DNA from: Amoebophrya sp. A120
Lineage: Eukaryota; Protista; Dinoflagellata
Length of the DNA: 64,000 nucleotides
Reading direction: 5' to 3'
Assembly (NCBI GenBank): GCA_905178155.1
Contig: CAJINV010000005.1
Location: 2,883,161-2,947,160, forward strand
Part shown: positions 59,450 to 64,000 of the stretch, piece by piece
Layout: every line of letters starts with the position of its first letter
Position numbering within the stretch: the first letter of the stretch is position 1
Notes under the pieces: model-generated
Database searches by the model: none
Told to the model about the DNA's origin: nothing
The model's input: the letters and a program-made list of their open reading frames with translations, nothing else
Position numbers and translations under genes: made by a program

Positions 59450-62400
59450 TCAGTCTTTCTGCCCGACAGCAGCTGCACGGGCATTATTTTTGACTGCTTT
59501 CCGCGTAACTAATTTGACAACTAATCCGTAAACATAAACTGTGAAGATTTCTTCTGTTGTATAAGCTGAAAATATTGAAGGAGATGATAAGGGTTTTACT
59601 TTCTGTGGTTTTTTCACGACTCCCACTTCTTTATTTGTTAATAAATCCATCGCAAATCCGATAGCAAGCCGCAACCGGTCCTCTACATTTTCTTCACCCC
59701 GCCGCGATGCCCAACTGCCGGCAGATATCCTCAAACGCCGGCACCAACTCCCCGGCCTGCGGTGCTTCGGTCAAAGCGGCCCGGAAGACGCGGAGGAAAG
59801 CCGCGTTCGCTTGTTTCAGGGGCACCACCGGTGGCTCGCCGGTCTGTTTCAGCTCCTCTTGCAGCGTGGACAACTGCCCGTCTAGCTCGTCCTTCGTCTG
59901 CATCAAACTCCTGATATCGTGGTCTAACCGCTCCCCCTGGCGCTGGACCTCCTCAAGCCGCATCGTGTCCTCGCCGTGGTCTTTTTCGACGAGGGAAAGC
60001 TGCTTTTTCTTCTTGTACCTACAATTAATATATGCGATGTTGATCTGTGCTGGGTTCTTCCCGATGCTGGATCAAGCAACAGAGGAAGTTTTTATCATGC
60101 TGTCATTGGTTGCACACCAACAAAGTACAAGTAGCAAAAGACAAACACAAAATAATAAATCCTTTGGAAATACAAGATGTCATTCGCGGCTTGGTTCTGC
60201 TCCTCCAGCACCTGCTTCTGGTCCGTATCCGCCGCGGAAGCCTGGTCCGCAGTTCGGAATTTGTTCTTATACGCGTCGTTTCGGTGGGTCAAATGCGCAA
60301 GCGTGTTTTCCAACGCGCGGACCTCCTTTTCTGCCTTTTTGATGTTCGCATCCAGCTCGTCGCCCTTCCGTTGAAGTTCCTATTTTTTATTGAGGTACAT
60401 CATTAAAGTGTGGAATTTGCTAAGTAATCCCATGGATCCTATCGCCGGCATCGGCATGGTACACAATGCATTTCTACTCATGTAGTAAAGCAGCTACACC
60501 AAACTCTATATCCCATACCTCTCGCGCCTGTGCCGCCTTCAACACGTAATACGCCTGGGAGTGGCCGCCTTCATTCTGCATTTTGTTCTTCACTGATTCG
60601 TACTTCATCTTCAAATTGTGTATCTTCGCTGACCTTTCTGCGAGTTCCAAAGCAGATTTGTGTCGGTCTTCCTCCGCTACTCGGAGCTTGGACTTCAGCA
60701 CTTCCTGATAAGGTTTTTGTTTGTGATGAACCTTTGAAATCAGTACGTAAAGTTAATACGTTCTGCGTGACCCCAATGGATTTGAATGTTGTGTATTGTG
60801 CATGACAAAAAGCAGACCAAAATCAACACAGCCGAGCAGACGCGACTCCATCTAATTACCTGATGACACTCCACTTCCTTTTCCCTTTCGATCATGCTGA
60901 TCGCGAGTTGTTCCTTCCTATTCTCGAGCGTGAAAACCCGCTCCGATTTCGTGTTCAGCGTGCCCCGAATCCTCTTTGCTTCCAGCTTCGCCAGGTCCCG
61001 CTCCACTAGCACCTCCTCTTTCTGCCTTATCGCGTCCCCCACTGCGCGTTCCACCGCTTCAGTTTCCAGTGCGAGCTCGTTCATGGTTCCCTCCACCTTC
61101 TTGGACTCCTCCTCTGTTCTACCGACTATTCTCTCCGCTTGGACCAGATCCAGGCCCTGTTTCCTGACCTGCGCAATAAGCAGCTGCTCCAGCTGCTTTT
61201 GCTCCTCCAGCTGTTCTTCGAGAGAGGCGATTTTGGCTGTGGGAGGGTTTGTTTGAAATTATGCACGCCGAAGTGTTTTTGAACCGAACTTACATATTCA
61301 ACAAAGAGATCACAGTTCAACGTCAAAAAATTTACCGTAAAGCTCCTCGTTCCCGACCTGCGGCCCATCCCCGGACACGTTTGCGACTTTTCTCTGCATC
61401 AACTGACACTGAAAATCCACCGCGTAAAGCAGTTCCTGCTGCCTTTGTCTCTCGGCGTCCAGCTTCGCGATTTGGGAACTCAAGTTTTTGACCGCGGCAA
61501 ACGCGGAGGAGATTTCCCCGTGAGCGTTTTTTTCGTCGTACTCGATCTGCCGCAGGTCTTCTGTCTGCTTAAACATGTCCTCTTTCACGAGCTGATAGTT
61601 TTTCAGTTTGATTTTTTGCACTTCATGCGAACAAACTACTCGTAGAAGTGGTCCCTGAAAATTCGTTGCCTGATATTTCTTGTCGCCAATACCATGACCA
61701 TGCACGAGCACAAGAACTACGACAAAAAAAACCACACGACAAAAACAACACCCAAAAAACTCACCTTCAGATCCTGCTCCGCTTTCGCAAGAATTTGTAT
61801 CTCCTCCTTGTACAGCTTATCCGCCGTGGCCACGTCCATCTCGCGCAATTTCGACTTGTCCTTCTCGTCCTCCAAATTTTTCTGCGTCTGCGCTAGTTTC
61901 TTCGTGACAAACTGCAGTCGCACCTTTTTTTCCTCGACCACTTCTTTCAGCTGGATCAATTTGTTCCGCTGCTGCGCCTGTTCGCTGGACTGGCCGGAAA
62001 GTTGGCCCTTTAGCACTTCGACCTCGTCGTGGAAATCACCGAGACCGTCCTTGATGGAAACGTGATCCTGCCGGACACGGATCAACTGCCGGTCGGAGCT
62101 GTTGAAGTTTTTCTTGTATTGCATAAAAAGTCAGCTACACTACAGAAATCAATTGCTTTGCATTCTTGCACAACGGCGCTCCTGCGCCTGACGTGATGAA
62201 CAACATTTTCTGCATGGAGTCCACCTCGTCTTGCTCCCACCACACAAAAACTACTACACAATCCAAAGAAAGATAGAAACAAAAGTTGTCACGTCAAAAT
62301 AAGTAAGTAATTATACGCTGCGATCACAGTGGTGACTTTCTGGTTTTCCGATTGCACCTCGGCTAAAAAGGATTCCTTCTCCTTCAATTTCTGCTCCTTT

Positions 62401-64000
62401 CCCCTCTCGATGTTTTTCTGCACGGCGTACTCCTCGCCGAGCTTGTTCAGCCTCTCGTCCTGCGATTTCATGCTCTGCACGGTTTGCTCCCACTGCTGGA
62501 TTAGTCTTTGCCGTTCTTCGTGCAACCGCTTGTATCAACTGCAAAAATGTCTGGGTCTGGACGAAGGTCACAACTTGTAATGCTGTCTGTGGATTCTAAA
62601 GAAATTTGTATTGCATGACCGGCAAGACGGGTCGGGTTTGTCCTGCGCGGAGAGGGCATTTCTCATGCGGTAGAGGTATCACAAAGCCCTCTAAAAATCT
62701 GTGATGCTACGGCAAGTATTACAGACATCATGGCTCACCCAGAACGTGCATGACAAGTCGAGAAATCTTCCAGACCCAGACATTTTTGCATTTGATAGCT
62801 TGAACTCCTCGGCAATTTTGTCCATCTCGATCTGTTGCGACTGCGTCGTCGTCACCTCCTCCTCCACTGCGGCCTTCTTCCCGTTGTTTTCGAGGGTGAG
62901 CTTTTCAATCTCCAGGGTCAGCTCGCGGATCTTCTGGTCATCCTGTCGACGATACCTTTTTTTATTGTTTGTAGATTTAGAAGATTCTTGATTTGCAAGA
63001 ATATTGCATGTGTTATTGTGCACACGTGATGCGAAGAGCGCAAAAAAGACCGACTCCGACGTCGTGCTGGAATTATGACAAGCGACTTGTTGTACAAGTT
63101 CAAGTTGTACCTTTCCAGTGCGATTTCATCCTCTTCCTTCTGCCGTGCAGCCAGCGCCCACTGCTCCAATTCCTCTTGGTTCCAGTTCATTTCTAATTTG
63201 AATTGGTCCAACTTCTCGTTGCCCTTGAAAATGTCCGTCTGGATGGCGTTATGCATTGCAAACATGTCTGGGTCTGGAAGAGTTCCAACTTGTGATGCAG
63301 ACTCTGGACCTCCACACAAAAAATTGTATTGCATGAATATCAAGAGCTGCGCACTTCTTGCTTCTACGCAAATAGGCAATTCCTCATGCGGTGGAATAGG
63401 CATTATTAGGCCGGCGCGAATCTTGTAGTGCTTTTGCGTGCATTAGAAACCAATTGCGTGATCCAAAACATGCATGACGAAAAAGTGCCTTTTTCTAGAC
63501 CCAGACATATTTGCGGTTGATAGGTGTTCGCTCGGTCCTTGTAATCTTCAACCACACGCTTCAATCTGACGCATTCACCCTCGAGCCGACCTTTTTTTAA
63601 TGGTATACTGGTACTGCATTTCCCATGCATGAAGACTACTTTTACGCAATCGTGCATGACAAAAAAGAAACATACACGAAACCAACTTGTTCCAAATACC
63701 GACTTGCCGCACGGTCAACTGCCTTAAATGGTCTTCCGTTTCCATTTCTCGTCTTCTCGCGTCCACTAATTGCTGCGTCAACGTGACCTCCTGCTGCACG
63801 TTCTGCAAGTGCTCGGCCATCACCTTTACCCTCTCCGCGTTTTCCCCGATGTGAAAGTCCAACGTGCCCATCTCGCTTTCCGACGCCTTGATGTCCTTGT
63901 CGATCGCCTTCGCGGCATCGGAGGCGAAGGGAGGCAGCGCGTCGCCATCCTGCTCGTAGCCCAGAGCATCATACTCCTCCTCGACGGTGCCCACCGCCGG
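59450..64000 (-). CDS. CCDC39: Coiled-coil domain-containing protein 39 (axonemal 96-nm ruler, FAP59); 5' end at or beyond the window edge, 3' end approximate
   Basis: MAEHLQNVQQE, IFKGNEKLDQFKLEMNWNQEELEQWALAARQKEED, RLHEERQRLIQQWE, QELLYAVDFQCQLMQRKVA, VFTLENRKEQL, HSQAYYVLKAAQ. Confidence 0.93.
62533..62797. mobile_element. Introner-type element, family A, TSD GCTTG
   Basis: TIRs and perfect TSD; removal gives IAEEFK-RLHEERQ. Confidence 0.95.
63250..63522. mobile_element. Introner-type element, family A, TSD GGCGT/GGTGT
   Basis: TIRs; removal gives KDRANT-IQTDIFKGNEK. Confidence 0.9.

Noticed and set aside
16860-63430. Recurrent peptides in the ORF track (NAKMSGSGR, LPDPDIFAF, FQTQTFL, GEGGFF) as a repeated protein domain
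   Set aside because: They are translations of the family A and B TIRs in several frames and on both strands, not a protein family.
16899-63522. TIR copies as CRISPR repeats or bacterial REP/IS elements
   Set aside because: The copies are dispersed inverted pairs with TSDs in a eukaryotic intron-containing context; there is no regular repeat-spacer array and no cas gene.
16305-63522. Elements as gene-inactivating insertions (pseudogenes)
   Set aside because: Flanking exons of conserved genes (CCDC39, YIPF5, PUF, TFIIE-alpha) show no other lesions despite multiple insertions of different ages. RNA evidence is still needed.

Overview
Eukaryotic (alveolate) genomic DNA. The features fit a syndinian dinoflagellate such as Amoebophrya; this is inferred from the strictly unidirectional gene array, a flagellar CCDC39 gene, an apicomplexan-style TSP1 adhesin and non-canonical introns. 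About 13 host genes lie on the minus strand: an NRPS-like T-C protein, an atypical kinase, a Pumilio/PUF protein, TFIIE-alpha, a secreted or membrane protein, a PDZ-like/archease fusion, a Pro-rich coiled-coil protein, a large TSP1 and Cys-repeat adhesin, YIPF5, a CTFxP coiled-coil protein, CCDC39, and two poorly defined units. Also present are a DIRS-type tyrosine-recombinase retroelement (with a 100-N gap) and a 5'-truncated LINE. The dominant signal is about 22 short (171-322 bp) non-autonomous inverted-repeat elements from at least 6 sequence families. Nearly all end TAT...ATA, and 18 have a 5-bp target-site duplication (14 perfect). They sit inside coding exons. Removing element plus 5 nt restores conserved protein sequence although GT-AG is usually absent, so they behave as transposon-derived non-canonical introns (introners). 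Aged copies suggest a fixed splice register (N|TAT ... ATA-NNNN), orientation independence, and a route to canonical GT-AG introns.
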